A DNA stretch of 64,000 nt from Cryomorpha ignava (GTDB lineage Bacteria > Bacteroidota > Bacteroidia > Flavobacteriales_F > PHOS-HE28). A program made the translations under genes and the position numbers. Location: assembly GCA_040391235.1 (NCBI GenBank), contig JBEBYG010000014.1, forward strand, positions 24,020-88,019. The letters are read 5' to 3'. Below, one piece after another: positions 39,645 to 49,470 of the stretch (its first letter is position 1; every line of letters starts with the position of its first letter). The notes beneath the pieces are model-generated. The model saw nothing but the letters and a program-made list of their open reading frames with translations, did no database searches and was not told the origin of the DNA.

Positions 39645-40520
39645 ATGAAGATCGATGTAGATGCATTTTCGGCCCCTGTTGTGAATGGGGCCGGGGCGAG
39701 GTTGCGGGACGAACCTTCGCATTTGTTGAGATCACGCATCGCCACTTCGGTTCCTGAGGGTAACGCGCATAGGAAGCACAGTTCGACCAAGCCCGCGATA
39801 CCTGCGAAGCTCCACTACGTTTGGTTCGGTGAACAACCGATGTCCGATGAGATGAGGGAGACGCTGGAGGAGTGGAGCCGGCTCATGCCGGGCCATGAAG
39901 TGATCCGATGGGATGAGACCAACCTGGATGTGGATTCCCATTCCTATATGAAGCGCATGCATCGCGCGGGCAAGTATGCTTTTGCCAGCGATTATGCCCG
40001 CCTGCTGGTCTTGCAGGAACACGGAGGAATCTACTTGGACACGGATGTGCGCATGAAGAAGAGCATTGCCCCCTTCGCGAATGAGCAATGCTTCTGGTCC
40101 TTCGAATTCGACCACTTCATTTCCACAGCCGTGATCGGTAGCCGGCCCGGACATCCCTTCATCAAACTGCTCTTGGATGAGTATGATCATTTGGATGAGC
40201 CGATGATCAACAATGTGTTGGTCACCCGGGCCTTCATCCGGGAATTCCCGGAGTTCCGCCTGAACAACAAGGACCAAGTGGTGGGAGGTGATATCCGCAT
40301 CTTTCCCAAGGAGTACATGGTGATCCCTTCATTTGATAAGGAGCAGAACTTCAGCGTTCATCTGGCCTACAACCAGTGGCGGTCGAACGGCCGAAGGATC
40401 CATTGGGGGCGCATGGCCAAGGCGATCCTGGGTGAAGTGATCTTCTATAAGATCGTGAATTTGAAGTTGAGGTGGAGCAGTGATCTTCCGGCGTTGGAAA
40501 GGGCACGGAGGAAGAATTGA
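39645..40520 (+). CDS. Glycosyltransferase, GT32 (DXD sugar-binding)
   Basis: IPAKLHYVWFG, YAFASDYARL and GGIYLDTDV motifs; start uncertain. Confidence 0.88.
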   Translation: MKIDVDAFSAPVVNGAGARLRDEPSHLLRSRIATSVPEGNAHRKHSSTKPAIPAKLHYVWFGEQPMSDEMRETLEEWSRLMPGHEVIRWDETNLDVDSHSYMKRMHRAGKYAFASDYARLLVLQEHGGIYLDTDVRMKKSIAPFANEQCFWSFEFDHFISTAVIGSRPGHPFIKLLLDEYDHLDEPMINNVLVTRAFIREFPEFRLNNKDQVVGGDIRIFPKEYMVIPSFDKEQNFSVHLAYNQWRSNGRRIHWGRMAKAILGEVIFYKIVNLKLRWSSDLPALERARRKN

Positions 40521-40618
40521 ACCACTACCGCTGGAAAACGGAGCGACGTATCCCCCTTGGACCGGCACTACGAAAGTTCCTTGACGCACGGATCCCTCGC
40601 ATCCGTTCCTTTGCAAGT

Positions 40619-41392
40619 ATGGAAACCAAGGAGCAAGGCCGGGTCATACTCATTACGGGTGCCACCAGTGGATTTGGCGAAGCCATGGCCCGCAAATTCG
40701 CGGCAGAAGGCTGGCGCGTGATCATTAGCGGAAGAAGACGCGATCGATTGGACGCATTAACGCGCGAACTCAACGGCTTGTATGGCCCCGTGACCCACGC
40801 CCTGCGCATGGACGTGCGGTACCGGGCGGAAGTGGAACGCGCTATTGCATCGCTACCCGCTCCTTGGGCCCAGATTGATGTGCTGGTCAATAACGCCGGT
40901 CTGGCACGTGGCCTTGCCACTATCCAAGAAGGGGATCCGGACGATTGGGATGTGATGATCGATACCAATGTGAAGGGATTGCTCTACGTAACGCGTGTGG
41001 TAGCACCGGGAATGGTGGCGCGCGGATCAGGGCATATCATCAACATCGGCAGCACGGCGGGCAAGGATGTGTACCCCAAAGGGAATGTTTACTCGGCCAC
41101 CAAGTTCGCCGTGGATGCCTTGACCAAGTCCATGCGACTGGACCTTCTGGAAGCCGGCATCAAAGTGACGCAGGTGGCACCGGGTGCAGCGGAAACGGAG
41201 TTCAGTGAGGTTCGATTCCATGGCGATACAGCCCGGGCGGAGAAGGTCTATGAAGGCTTCCAGCCGTTGAGCGCCCGGGACGTGGCCGATGTTGTTTACC
41301 ATGCGGCCACATTGCCACCACATGTTTGCATGAACGACATTGTAGTGACGGCCCTTGCGCAGGCGAACAGCAACGCCATCGTCAAGCACTGA
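40619..41392 (+). CDS. SDR oxidoreductase, YdfG-like
   Basis: ITGATSGFG, VNNAG, NIGS, YSATK and PGAAETEFS motifs. Confidence 0.92.
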   Translation: METKEQGRVILITGATSGFGEAMARKFAAEGWRVIISGRRRDRLDALTRELNGLYGPVTHALRMDVRYRAEVERAIASLPAPWAQIDVLVNNAGLARGLATIQEGDPDDWDVMIDTNVKGLLYVTRVVAPGMVARGSGHIINIGSTAGKDVYPKGNVYSATKFAVDALTKSMRLDLLEAGIKVTQVAPGAAETEFSEVRFHGDTARAEKVYEGFQPLSARDVADVVYHAATLPPHVCMNDIVVTALAQANSNAIVKH

Positions 41393-41449
41393 ACGCATGT
41401 GGATGAGGATGGACTGAAGCGCCCGGCGCGCGGTGTTTAGGCACCGGCC

Positions 41450-43489
41450 TTAAAGAGCACTCACGAAATACATCTCCAACTTTCCCTTGCCCTTTACTTG
41501 TATTTCGCCTCTGGGCGTGAACGCGAGACCGGGCTCATCCTTCACGATCTCGTAGGTGCTCTCGCTGATGTTCACGCGACCTACCTCTCCATTGCTTTCC
41601 ATGCGGCTGGCGGTGTTCACGGTATCTCCCCAGATGTCGTACTGGAATTTTTTCACCCCTACGATACCAGCCACCACGGGACCTGTGTGGATGCCCACAC
41701 GCATTTCGAAGACCGGCTGGCCGATGGCATCGTGCCTTTTCTTTCGCTCTGCCATGAAGGCCTGCATTTCCAGCGCAGCCCGAACCACTGCGACAGGCGA
41801 AGAGGTACTGGGGTCGGGCAGCCCGCCTGCACACATGTAGGCATCCCCGATGGTCTTGATCTTCTCGATGCCATGCCGGGTAATGATGGCATCAAAGGCT
41901 TCGAAGCATGCGTTGAGCTCTTGGAGCAGAACATCCGCTCCCAGATAGGTCGCCATTCCGGTAAATCCCTTGAAATCCGTGAACAGCACCGAGGCCTGAT
42001 CGAAATGCCGCGCCTTGGCTGATCCCGTTGCCTTCAGCTCCTCCGCCACTTCGGCCGGTAGGATGTTGAGCAATAGCTCATCGGAGCGTTCCTTCTCTGC
42101 GCTCAGCTCCGCCGTGCGTTCCTTCACCTCCAGGTCCAGGTCATCGCGCTGGCGGGCTACCAAGCGACCGTGGTGTGCGGTGCGAATGGCCAAGTAGATC
42201 GCCACGGAAAGCGGCACGGCCACTTGCGAACAATACTCACGCACTGTCTCCAGGAATGTATGCAGGCCGGACGCCGTTCCGTGCCCGCTTCCGATGAAGC
42301 TCAAGAGTAAGGCGAGCAAGCTGGAAGCCAAGGCGCCCGCACCTATCCAGCGCGCGTAACCCTTGGTGCGGAGCAACTTGAACCCGAGGCGGATCACTTC
42401 GATGATGAACCAGAGCATCACCGCACCCAGCAATAACCCAAGCAAGAGCACTACGAAGAGCAGGGAGTAATCGGGATCCTCCAATGTTAAGTTGATACCT
42501 CTTCCAGTCGTTGAGAAATCCAACTTGTAATAGACGATGCCGAATGCAAAAACGAGACAGGCAGTGGAGGCCGTGATGATGGAAATGGTGTACCACCGTT
42601 TCCTTCGTCCGCTCACATTGCCATGGAGGGTGCCCAACGTCATGATGAGCAGATACAGGGGCCACGGCACCAAGAGGAACTGGACCGCGTCGCTGATGCT
42701 CGCTGCATAACTCCACTGGCTCGCGAGCCCTGTATTGCCCGCCAGATCATTGAAGGTGTTCAAGGCGGAGACGAATGATAGCAACGCCAAGAAAAGCCAC
42801 TGCCGTTCGCGGCGTTCGAAGCTCCAGATCACCAAGGCGAGCAACAGGATGACCAAGTTGATGCCGATGAAAACGCCGTACTGGGCCATGTTCCGTTGGA
42901 TCCGGAATGCCACGTCCGGCGCATGTATCGAGCATGCCAGCCCAAAGCTCCGGGCGGTCTTACCGTCCACGCTGTCCAAGCGAATGGCGATCACTTCGGG
43001 TTTTCCGTCGCATCGAAAGGTGAAGGGGACGAGATAAGGTATTCGCGCACTGTCGATGGCATTCCCTTGTCCCTGTTCCTCAAAGGAGCTGAACAGGGGG
43101 GCACCATTGAGGAAGACCTCCAGTTTTTCATTCCCGCCGAGGCCAAGAAGGAGGGTCTTGCCCTTGAAGGAAGAGTCCGGCAGCAGTCCAAAGCGGAGCC
43201 AATGGACGCCTGTGCCGGTGCCGATGCTGTCCTTGGAACTCGACAGTTTTCGCCAAGAGGTTTCATCCAGTTCCCTTGCTGCGTAAACCGCGCTATCACC
43301 CACCTTCAGTTGCACGAGCAAGTTCATCCCGGGGACATCGGCCCCCATGCCGGGCACTTTCGCGCTGATGTCAATGAGGTCCCAAGCCTTCACGGCCAAA
43401 ACCTGTACGTCACTGCTGTCGGCTTGCGCCGAAAGGAGTCCCGAAAACAACAGGGCGATGGCGAGGACGAGGTGCCGGGCGGAAGGCAT
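41450..43489 (-). CDS. Membrane-bound class III adenylate/guanylate cyclase with extracytoplasmic sensor and multi-TM region
   Basis: LFTDFKGFT, EKIKTIGDAYM, GIHTGPVVAG and YDIWGDTVNTASRME motifs; signal peptide plus about 7 TM segments. Confidence 0.92.
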   Translation of the reverse strand: MPSARHLVLAIALLFSGLLSAQADSSDVQVLAVKAWDLIDISAKVPGMGADVPGMNLLVQLKVGDSAVYAARELDETSWRKLSSSKDSIGTGTGVHWLRFGLLPDSSFKGKTLLLGLGGNEKLEVFLNGAPLFSSFEEQGQGNAIDSARIPYLVPFTFRCDGKPEVIAIRLDSVDGKTARSFGLACSIHAPDVAFRIQRNMAQYGVFIGINLVILLLALVIWSFERRERQWLFLALLSFVSALNTFNDLAGNTGLASQWSYAASISDAVQFLLVPWPLYLLIMTLGTLHGNVSGRRKRWYTISIITASTACLVFAFGIVYYKLDFSTTGRGINLTLEDPDYSLLFVVLLLGLLLGAVMLWFIIEVIRLGFKLLRTKGYARWIGAGALASSLLALLLSFIGSGHGTASGLHTFLETVREYCSQVAVPLSVAIYLAIRTAHHGRLVARQRDDLDLEVKERTAELSAEKERSDELLLNILPAEVAEELKATGSAKARHFDQASVLFTDFKGFTGMATYLGADVLLQELNACFEAFDAIITRHGIEKIKTIGDAYMCAGGLPDPSTSSPVAVVRAALEMQAFMAERKKRHDAIGQPVFEMRVGIHTGPVVAGIVGVKKFQYDIWGDTVNTASRMESNGEVGRVNISESTYEIVKDEPGLAFTPRGEIQVKGKGKLEMYFVSAL

Positions 43490-43544
43490 CGTGGCAAGAT
43501 AGCGTATAGGTCAGGTGGGTCCGTGGGAGGTTCCCGACCGTGTA

Positions 43545-45293
43545 TTATTCCACAACCACCGTCACCGTCATCCTATGCCCATCACTCTCCACCAGCACGA
43601 GGTACCGGCCCGCCGCAGCTGTTGGCAGGGCGATCTGCTGGTTGGCGCCGGGGCTCCTCATCTCGCTATAGCACAAGCGGCCGGCGGGATCAAGGATGTC
43701 GATCCGCGCAGTGGGCGAAGTGTTGGACGGAAGCTCGAGCGCAAAGTGGCCCCGGTTCGGATTGGGGTATGCGTGCAGGGTTCCCGTTTCCGCCAGTTCC
43801 GTCGTGCCGGTGATGAGCATCTCATACGTATCGCTGAGCACGCAGCCGAGCGCGGTGGTAACAGTTACACTGTACTGCCCGCCCTCGGTGATCACTAGGA
43901 AGGGGGCATTCGCACCGGGGATCGGCGTGCCGTTCAGGCTCCATGCATAGCTCACAAAGGCACCTTGCACCAACAGCACCGTGCCGTTGGCCTCAATGGC
44001 GACCGGGGGGCACACCACGATGGTATCGCTGTTCGCGGTACATCCGAAGGCATTGGTGGCCACGCCCCACCAAGCGCCGATGCTGTCCGTTTGCACGCAC
44101 GGGCCGTTCACGCCGGGAATGGTGTCGCCGTTGTGGAACCAAGTGTAAACGAGCAGCATGGTGTCCGTTGCGCAGAGTGTTGCATTGGCCGTGTCGTAAG
44201 CGGTCGTGAGCTGCGGTGCAGGGAACACATGCACGGTGTCGGTGTCCGTGAATACCTGCTGCGGCTGCAGTGCAATTACGAGGTTGCCGTAGGTGCCATT
44301 GCCCAAAGCGAAGGGTACGCTGCCGTTGCTGCCTGCTGGGATGTTGAAGGTGCCCAGATCGTCGTCCTGACTGATGACGTCCTCATCGAAGAACTGGATG
44401 GAGTAGGGAGGGTTGGCCAACAATTGGCCCACGTTGTTCCATGTCTCGCTGTGGCTGTTGCTGCCGCTGCTGCTGGTGAAGCTGTTGCCGCTGCCATCGG
44501 TGAGCACGAAGTAGAGATCGGGGGCGCCGGTGCATGCTCCGAAGATGCTGGGCTCCTCCACGTCGCCGCACCAGTTGTCGCTGACGCCCGCCAGCACGAC
44601 GTCGGTAAGCACGAAGCCGCCGATGGTGGTGCTGAGCGATACGGGATAGCTGCCCGGTGCGGAGTAGTGGGTTGCTGGGTTAGCGAGTGCGCTGGTTTCA
44701 CCGTTGCCGAAGTCCCAAGCATAGGTGGTGGGCGATGCACCGCCATCCAACAAGGCCGTGAGTTGCACAGCCGCACTGCCGCAGCCGCTGGTGGGAGTGA
44801 AGGAGAAGCTGGTGTTCCCACCTGTGCCCGGCTGAACGACCAAGGTGATGCCGAAACTCTGCGGAACGTTGAGCGTGAAGCCGCTGGCCTCCACCTGCGC
44901 CATGATGTTGATGGCTACGGTGTACGTGCCACTGCCGATGGGGGTGCCGCATAAGCGCGCGCATCCGAACTGGTTCACTGGCGGGTAATAGATGCCCAGC
45001 GGGTTGTTCGTGGTGAGCTGCATGCCGAAGGGCAGCCCGGTCACGCTGGTGATCGTCATCTGCTGGAAGTTCACGGCAAACCCGGTGCCGGGGTCGGTGA
45101 AATTCGTGGGCATCCAGAAGGTGATGTCGCTTTCATAGGCCACGCCGGCAATGGCATCCGTGGGCTGCAGAGGGCAGAGCGTCGGGTAGGCGGGGACCGC
45201 GCTACACGAGAAGTCGATGGTGCAGGTGCTGCATTGGGCTCGGGCACCGATAAGCGTGAGCAGGGCGGAAAGAAGGGTCAAGGTTCGGAGCAT
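43545..45293 (-). CDS. PKD-domain T9SS type A protein
   Basis: Signal peptide MLRTL..RAQ; YAWDFGNG PKD motif; CTD YPNPNRG..GRYLV. Confidence 0.87.
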   Translation of the reverse strand: MLRTLTLLSALLTLIGARAQCSTCTIDFSCSAVPAYPTLCPLQPTDAIAGVAYESDITFWMPTNFTDPGTGFAVNFQQMTITSVTGLPFGMQLTTNNPLGIYYPPVNQFGCARLCGTPIGSGTYTVAINIMAQVEASGFTLNVPQSFGITLVVQPGTGGNTSFSFTPTSGCGSAAVQLTALLDGGASPTTYAWDFGNGETSALANPATHYSAPGSYPVSLSTTIGGFVLTDVVLAGVSDNWCGDVEEPSIFGACTGAPDLYFVLTDGSGNSFTSSSGSNSHSETWNNVGQLLANPPYSIQFFDEDVISQDDDLGTFNIPAGSNGSVPFALGNGTYGNLVIALQPQQVFTDTDTVHVFPAPQLTTAYDTANATLCATDTMLLVYTWFHNGDTIPGVNGPCVQTDSIGAWWGVATNAFGCTANSDTIVVCPPVAIEANGTVLLVQGAFVSYAWSLNGTPIPGANAPFLVITEGGQYSVTVTTALGCVLSDTYEMLITGTTELAETGTLHAYPNPNRGHFALELPSNTSPTARIDILDPAGRLCYSEMRSPGANQQIALPTAAAGRYLVLVESDGHRMTVTVVVE

Positions 45294-45495
45294 GTGGTGG
45301 AGTTGGCGAGCGAATGTCGGTGTTCGGCTGCGAACGGACGTGCTCTCCGGAAACAATCGACCACGAATGACCAAACGATGTTCAACCCCAACGCCCGAAC
45401 AGAGTTTGAAAGGACTTCGGGAGTGCACCAAGGGTTCCGGCTATTGCAGCTGAAGGAAGTAAGCTCCTGGATCAGCTACTTGTCCTTTGCATTGC

Positions 45496-45965
45496 TTACT
45501 GATGAATGATGCGCGTGCGCTGGATCCCGCTGCGGCTGCGAGATTCGAGGATGTAGGCACCTGGCGTATGGCCCGTGAAGTCCAATTGGAACGTGGGGGC
45601 CACTCCTTTCAAGGTCTGTTCCAAGACCACTTGGCCCGTTGCATTCAGGAGGCCTACTTGGGGATCCACCGCACCGGGGAAGCTGACCATGCAAGTGCCG
45701 CTTGTCGGGTTGGGTTGCACGTTCATCGTTGGCATGGCACCTTCATCCAGGCCGTTGGTGCCGTTCATGGATATTCATCGCTGCTGAAGGCCAAGGAGCT
45801 ATAGTCCCAAGTGGCATTGGCCCCGGAAGCCCCTGCCGTTGTTATGGGAAAATCACCATCCATCAAGATGGAGGTGCCCGGCACGAAAGTGAGTTGTGGG
45901 ATGGTAGGCTGGGCGAAAAGGCTCGCAGTAGCGAGGAGAAGAGGAAGAGTAAATTTGTTTCTCAT
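45496..45965 (-). pseudogene. Internally deleted, out-of-frame paralogue of the T9SS gene at 53092-54108
   Basis: The 66-aa ORF 45765-45965 aligns without gaps to aa 1-66 of that gene (34/66 identical by hand). The overlapping ORF 45496-45768 is a bare CTD, and about 190 aa of middle are absent. Confidence 0.75.
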
Positions 45966-46133
45966 GGGAATGGGTCGATTCGTTAGAGGTGGTAGCGCTG
46001 GGTTGGTGCTGGTGCGATCTCATCTGCCACAGCAATCTTTCGATCTGAAAAGTAGTTCGTGCTCAAGCGGCGATACCCTCGCAGGCATTACTAAAAGCGG
46101 GCTTTTTCAGCACTCCGATAACCGACCTATGTC

Positions 46134-46163
46134 AATGGCTCACCCGATCCTGTTAATGGCTCA
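46134..46163 (-). promoter_or_regulatory. Putative LytTR operator (direct repeat, 21-bp period)
   Basis: AATGGCTCA occurs at 46134-42 and 46155-63, in the divergent region upstream of the sensor kinase. Confidence 0.45.
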
Positions 46164-46282
46164 ATTACGGCTAGCACCCGGTGGCGGCCCCGAACAGGAT
46201 AGGGCCATCTTCGTGGTCGATGGATCGGTCCTGTAGGTGTTTACTTGCAGTCGTCCAACCAGAATCCCCACCAGATCCTCCC

Positions 46283-49200
46283 ATGGGACGCACCCGCCTG
46301 CTGATCACCGCGCTTTTCATGGCGCTCCTTGTCCCTGCCGGGGCACAGGTGGAAGGCATGCGCTCCTTTGGCAATCCGCGCATCATCGGCACTGCGGAAG
46401 GGCTGGTCTCCACTAACGTGCGTGATGCGGTGATGGACGACGACGGTTTCCTTTGGATCGCCACAGCCAATGGCCTGCACCGCTTCGATGGCTCGCACAT
46501 GCGCGTGTTGCGGCACGACCCGGCCGATAGCACCTCCTTGCCTGCGGACGACATCATCTGCCTGCTGCTGTCCCGCGATGGTGCACTGTGGGTTGGCACC
46601 GGAAGCGGTGGCTTGGCGCGTATGGACCGCTCCAGCTTTGCGTGCGTGCGCTATCGACATCGGCAGGAAGATCTGCGAAGCATCTCCGCACCGCATGTTT
46701 CTTGGGCGATGGAGGATCGCGCCGGCACGCTCTTCTTCGGCACCCGCCTAGGGGCCATTTGTCGCTACAACGCAGCACAGGACGATTTCGACCGCATCGC
46801 CTTTCCTGAGTACGAGAGCGTGTACGAGAACCGTGCGCGTACCCAGAGCTATTGCATGGTCCAGGACCGTTACAACGACCAAGTGTACTGGTGTGCCACC
46901 TCCAATGGGATCTTAAGACTGCAAGGCCCGCAATGGTCCATGCACCACTTCACCATGCCCGAGGTAAGCACCGCGAACAACCTGCACCTGCGTAGCAACA
47001 GCTTCCGCGTGTTGACGCAGGCCCCGGACGGCAGTTTGCTGGCCACCACTTGGGGGGGCGGCATCATCCACATGGATAGTACGGGAAAGCATTTCCGTCG
47101 CTACGCCATTCTGCAGGACGGTGCCATTCGCCAGTTCGCCAACACTTTCAATGCGCTCACTGTGGATGCCGATGGTAGCATTTGGGTGGGCAACAACACT
47201 ACTGGTTTGGCCCTGCTGGACACTACGGCCGGATCGATAAACATGCGGGTGCCGGGGGAGGCACCTGAGCTTGCGGGCCTCGCCGGGCAGGGCGTGAACA
47301 AATTATCCACCACCTCACAGGGCGACATCTTGGTGATCACGCGACAGGATGTGCGTCTCTTCAGCAATGCTCGCCAGCGGTTCCGGTCGGTCCGGTTCGC
47401 GTCGCAGGCACGGCCGTATGTGGGCATGCACGTCATCCGGTGCCTGCTGCCATTGGACGATGGAAGCGTACTCCTCTCGGGATATGGCCTCGATGGCATC
47501 TACCGCTTCCTGCCTTCGAGTGGAGCGCTCACGCGCATTGCCCCGCCGGAGGACGTATGGAACGATCCCGCACGCGAACATTTTACCGTCGATGGCATGG
47601 TGCGCAGTGGCCCGCAAGAGGTGCTTGCCATGGAAGCCTTCAAACTCTACCGCATCGACTTGCGCACGGAACGCATGACACAGGCCGAAGGAAACTTCAA
47701 TGATCGCAGCTGGACGAACATGTTACAAGGGCTGTTCCGGCATTCCTGCGGTGAGTTGTACGTGTTGGGTCGCCATGATGGACTGATCCGTCTGAAAGAC
47801 GACCTCGCCATTGTGGCGCAGTATCTTCCTAAAGCAGGCGATCCCCACGCGTTGTCCAACGGCAACAACCTCCAGAGTGCAGTTGAGGATCGCGCAGGAC
47901 GCGTATGGGTGGGGCACGACCGTGGCTACTCGATCCTCGAGCCTGAAAGTGGGCAATTCCTCAACATGGATCCCGCCACGCGCAGCGACTCTACTGCACG
48001 GCTTGAGAATGTGGGTTCCATAGCCATCGATCCGCAGGGACGCATTTGGATGACCGATGGGGAACAGGGCGTGGTGGTGGTTGATGATCCCGTGGATCAT
48101 CCTTTCCGGACACGCACGATCACTTCGCAGGATAGTTTACCCTTTAAGCGGGTAGGCGAATTGTTCTTCGATACCGACGGATCGCTCTGGCTCTCCGGTA
48201 TAGGCGGTCTTGCGCAACGGACCTCCAACGGTTGGCAAGTGAGCAGCTCGGCAGTGGGCCTACCCGGTGGCGGGCTTGGCGGACCCGTGGTGCGCAGTGC
48301 GAAAGGCGTGCTGGTCGGTGCGGCGGGCCGAATGCTGTTCTGGGAACGTGGCCATGCTCCGGCTCCCGCAGATGCACCTCGCCTGCACTTGGCGTCCATA
48401 CGTGTCTTCGATGATGAGATCGACCTACAGGCGGTAAGCTCCAGCAATGCGCTACGGTTCCGGTATGATCAGAACTTCCTGAAACTTACCTTCTCCTTGG
48501 TGGATGTTTTGGGCCAGTATCCGCACCGGATCGAATACCGGCTTACACCCACTACGAAGGAGTGGCTGGCAACGGACGCGAACGGGGTAGCCAGCTTCGC
48601 CAATGTGCCCGATGGTGACCACCTGTTGGAGTTCCGCGCCGTGAGCGACGATGATACCGTACTCGCTACCCAGTCAGTACCGCTCACTGTGATCGCACCC
48701 TGGTGGCGTACGTGGTGGTTCCGAAGCGCCGTGGTGCTCTGTGCGCTGCTGCTTGCTTATGGGTTCTTCCGCATGCGCATCCATGCGGTGCGTAAGGAAG
48801 CCCGCCTGAAATCTGAGTTCGACAAGCGCTTGGCCGACATGGAACTCACCGCCCTACGCGCACAGATGAATCCTCACTTTCTCTTCAACAGCCTCAACAG
48901 CATCCGTCACCACGTACTCAACAGCCGCACAGAGGAGGCCGACCGCTACCTGAGCAAGTTCGCACGCTTGATCCGCCTGATCCTGGACCATAGCGACCAG
49001 CGCACCGTTCCGCTTGCCGAAGAACTCCAAGCCCTGCGCCTATACATGGAACTGGAGGCCTCACGCTTCGATGACAAGTTCAGCCATCACATCTCTGTGG
49101 ATCCGTCCATCGACCAGGAAGCCACCATGATCCCTCCGATGCTCATCCAGCCCTATTTGGAGAATGCCATCTGGCACGGCCTGATGCAGAAGTCCGAAGG

Positions 49201-49468
49201 CGGGGAGCTCGCGCTGCGCATCCAGCGCGACGGCCGCACGCTGCGCATTGAAGTGGAGGATGATGGCATCGGTCGCGCGCGTGCAGCAGAGATCAAAAGC
49301 CGCAGTGCGCTGAAGAAGCGCAGCATGGGCATGTCCATAACCGAGCAACGCTTGGCAATGATCCAGAAGCAACAGGGCATCCACTGCGATGTGCGGGTGG
49401 AGGACCTGGTGCTGCCCGATGGAGAGCCCGGCGGGACCCTTATCACCATCACCATACCCATGCTTTAG
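46283..49468 (+). CDS. LytS/YehU-type sensor histidine kinase with beta-propeller and YYY domain
   Basis: DDDGFLWIATANGL propeller repeats, a TM helix, LRAQMNPHFLFNSLNSI, IQPYLENAIWHG and VEDDGIGR motifs; ATG 46283. Confidence 0.95.
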   Translation: MGRTRLLITALFMALLVPAGAQVEGMRSFGNPRIIGTAEGLVSTNVRDAVMDDDGFLWIATANGLHRFDGSHMRVLRHDPADSTSLPADDIICLLLSRDGALWVGTGSGGLARMDRSSFACVRYRHRQEDLRSISAPHVSWAMEDRAGTLFFGTRLGAICRYNAAQDDFDRIAFPEYESVYENRARTQSYCMVQDRYNDQVYWCATSNGILRLQGPQWSMHHFTMPEVSTANNLHLRSNSFRVLTQAPDGSLLATTWGGGIIHMDSTGKHFRRYAILQDGAIRQFANTFNALTVDADGSIWVGNNTTGLALLDTTAGSINMRVPGEAPELAGLAGQGVNKLSTTSQGDILVITRQDVRLFSNARQRFRSVRFASQARPYVGMHVIRCLLPLDDGSVLLSGYGLDGIYRFLPSSGALTRIAPPEDVWNDPAREHFTVDGMVRSGPQEVLAMEAFKLYRIDLRTERMTQAEGNFNDRSWTNMLQGLFRHSCGELYVLGRHDGLIRLKDDLAIVAQYLPKAGDPHALSNGNNLQSAVEDRAGRVWVGHDRGYSILEPESGQFLNMDPATRSDSTARLENVGSIAIDPQGRIWMTDGEQGVVVVDDPVDHPFRTRTITSQDSLPFKRVGELFFDTDGSLWLSGIGGLAQRTSNGWQVSSSAVGLPGGGLGGPVVRSAKGVLVGAAGRMLFWERGHAPAPADAPRLHLASIRVFDDEIDLQAVSSSNALRFRYDQNFLKLTFSLVDVLGQYPHRIEYRLTPTTKEWLATDANGVASFANVPDGDHLLEFRAVSDDDTVLATQSVPLTVIAPWWRTWWFRSAVVLCALLLAYGFFRMRIHAVRKEARLKSEFDKRLADMELTALRAQMNPHFLFNSLNSIRHHVLNSRTEEADRYLSKFARLIRLILDHSDQRTVPLAEELQALRLYMELEASRFDDKFSHHISVDPSIDQEATMIPPMLIQPYLENAIWHGLMQKSEGGELALRIQRDGRTLRIEVEDDGIGRARAAEIKSRSALKKRSMGMSITEQRLAMIQKQQGIHCDVRVEDLVLPDGEPGGTLITITIPML

Positions 49469-49470
49469 AC

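Noticed and set aside
39533-39757. Short ORF (MTTIGVVISE from 39578) overlapping the glycosyltransferase start, as a possible frameshifted N-terminus
   Set aside because: It has no recognisable family or slippery site, and the GT32 domain is complete in its own frame.
41209-41220. GGTTCGATTCC tRNA T-arm-like motif
   Set aside because: It lies inside the SDR coding sequence and has no cloverleaf.
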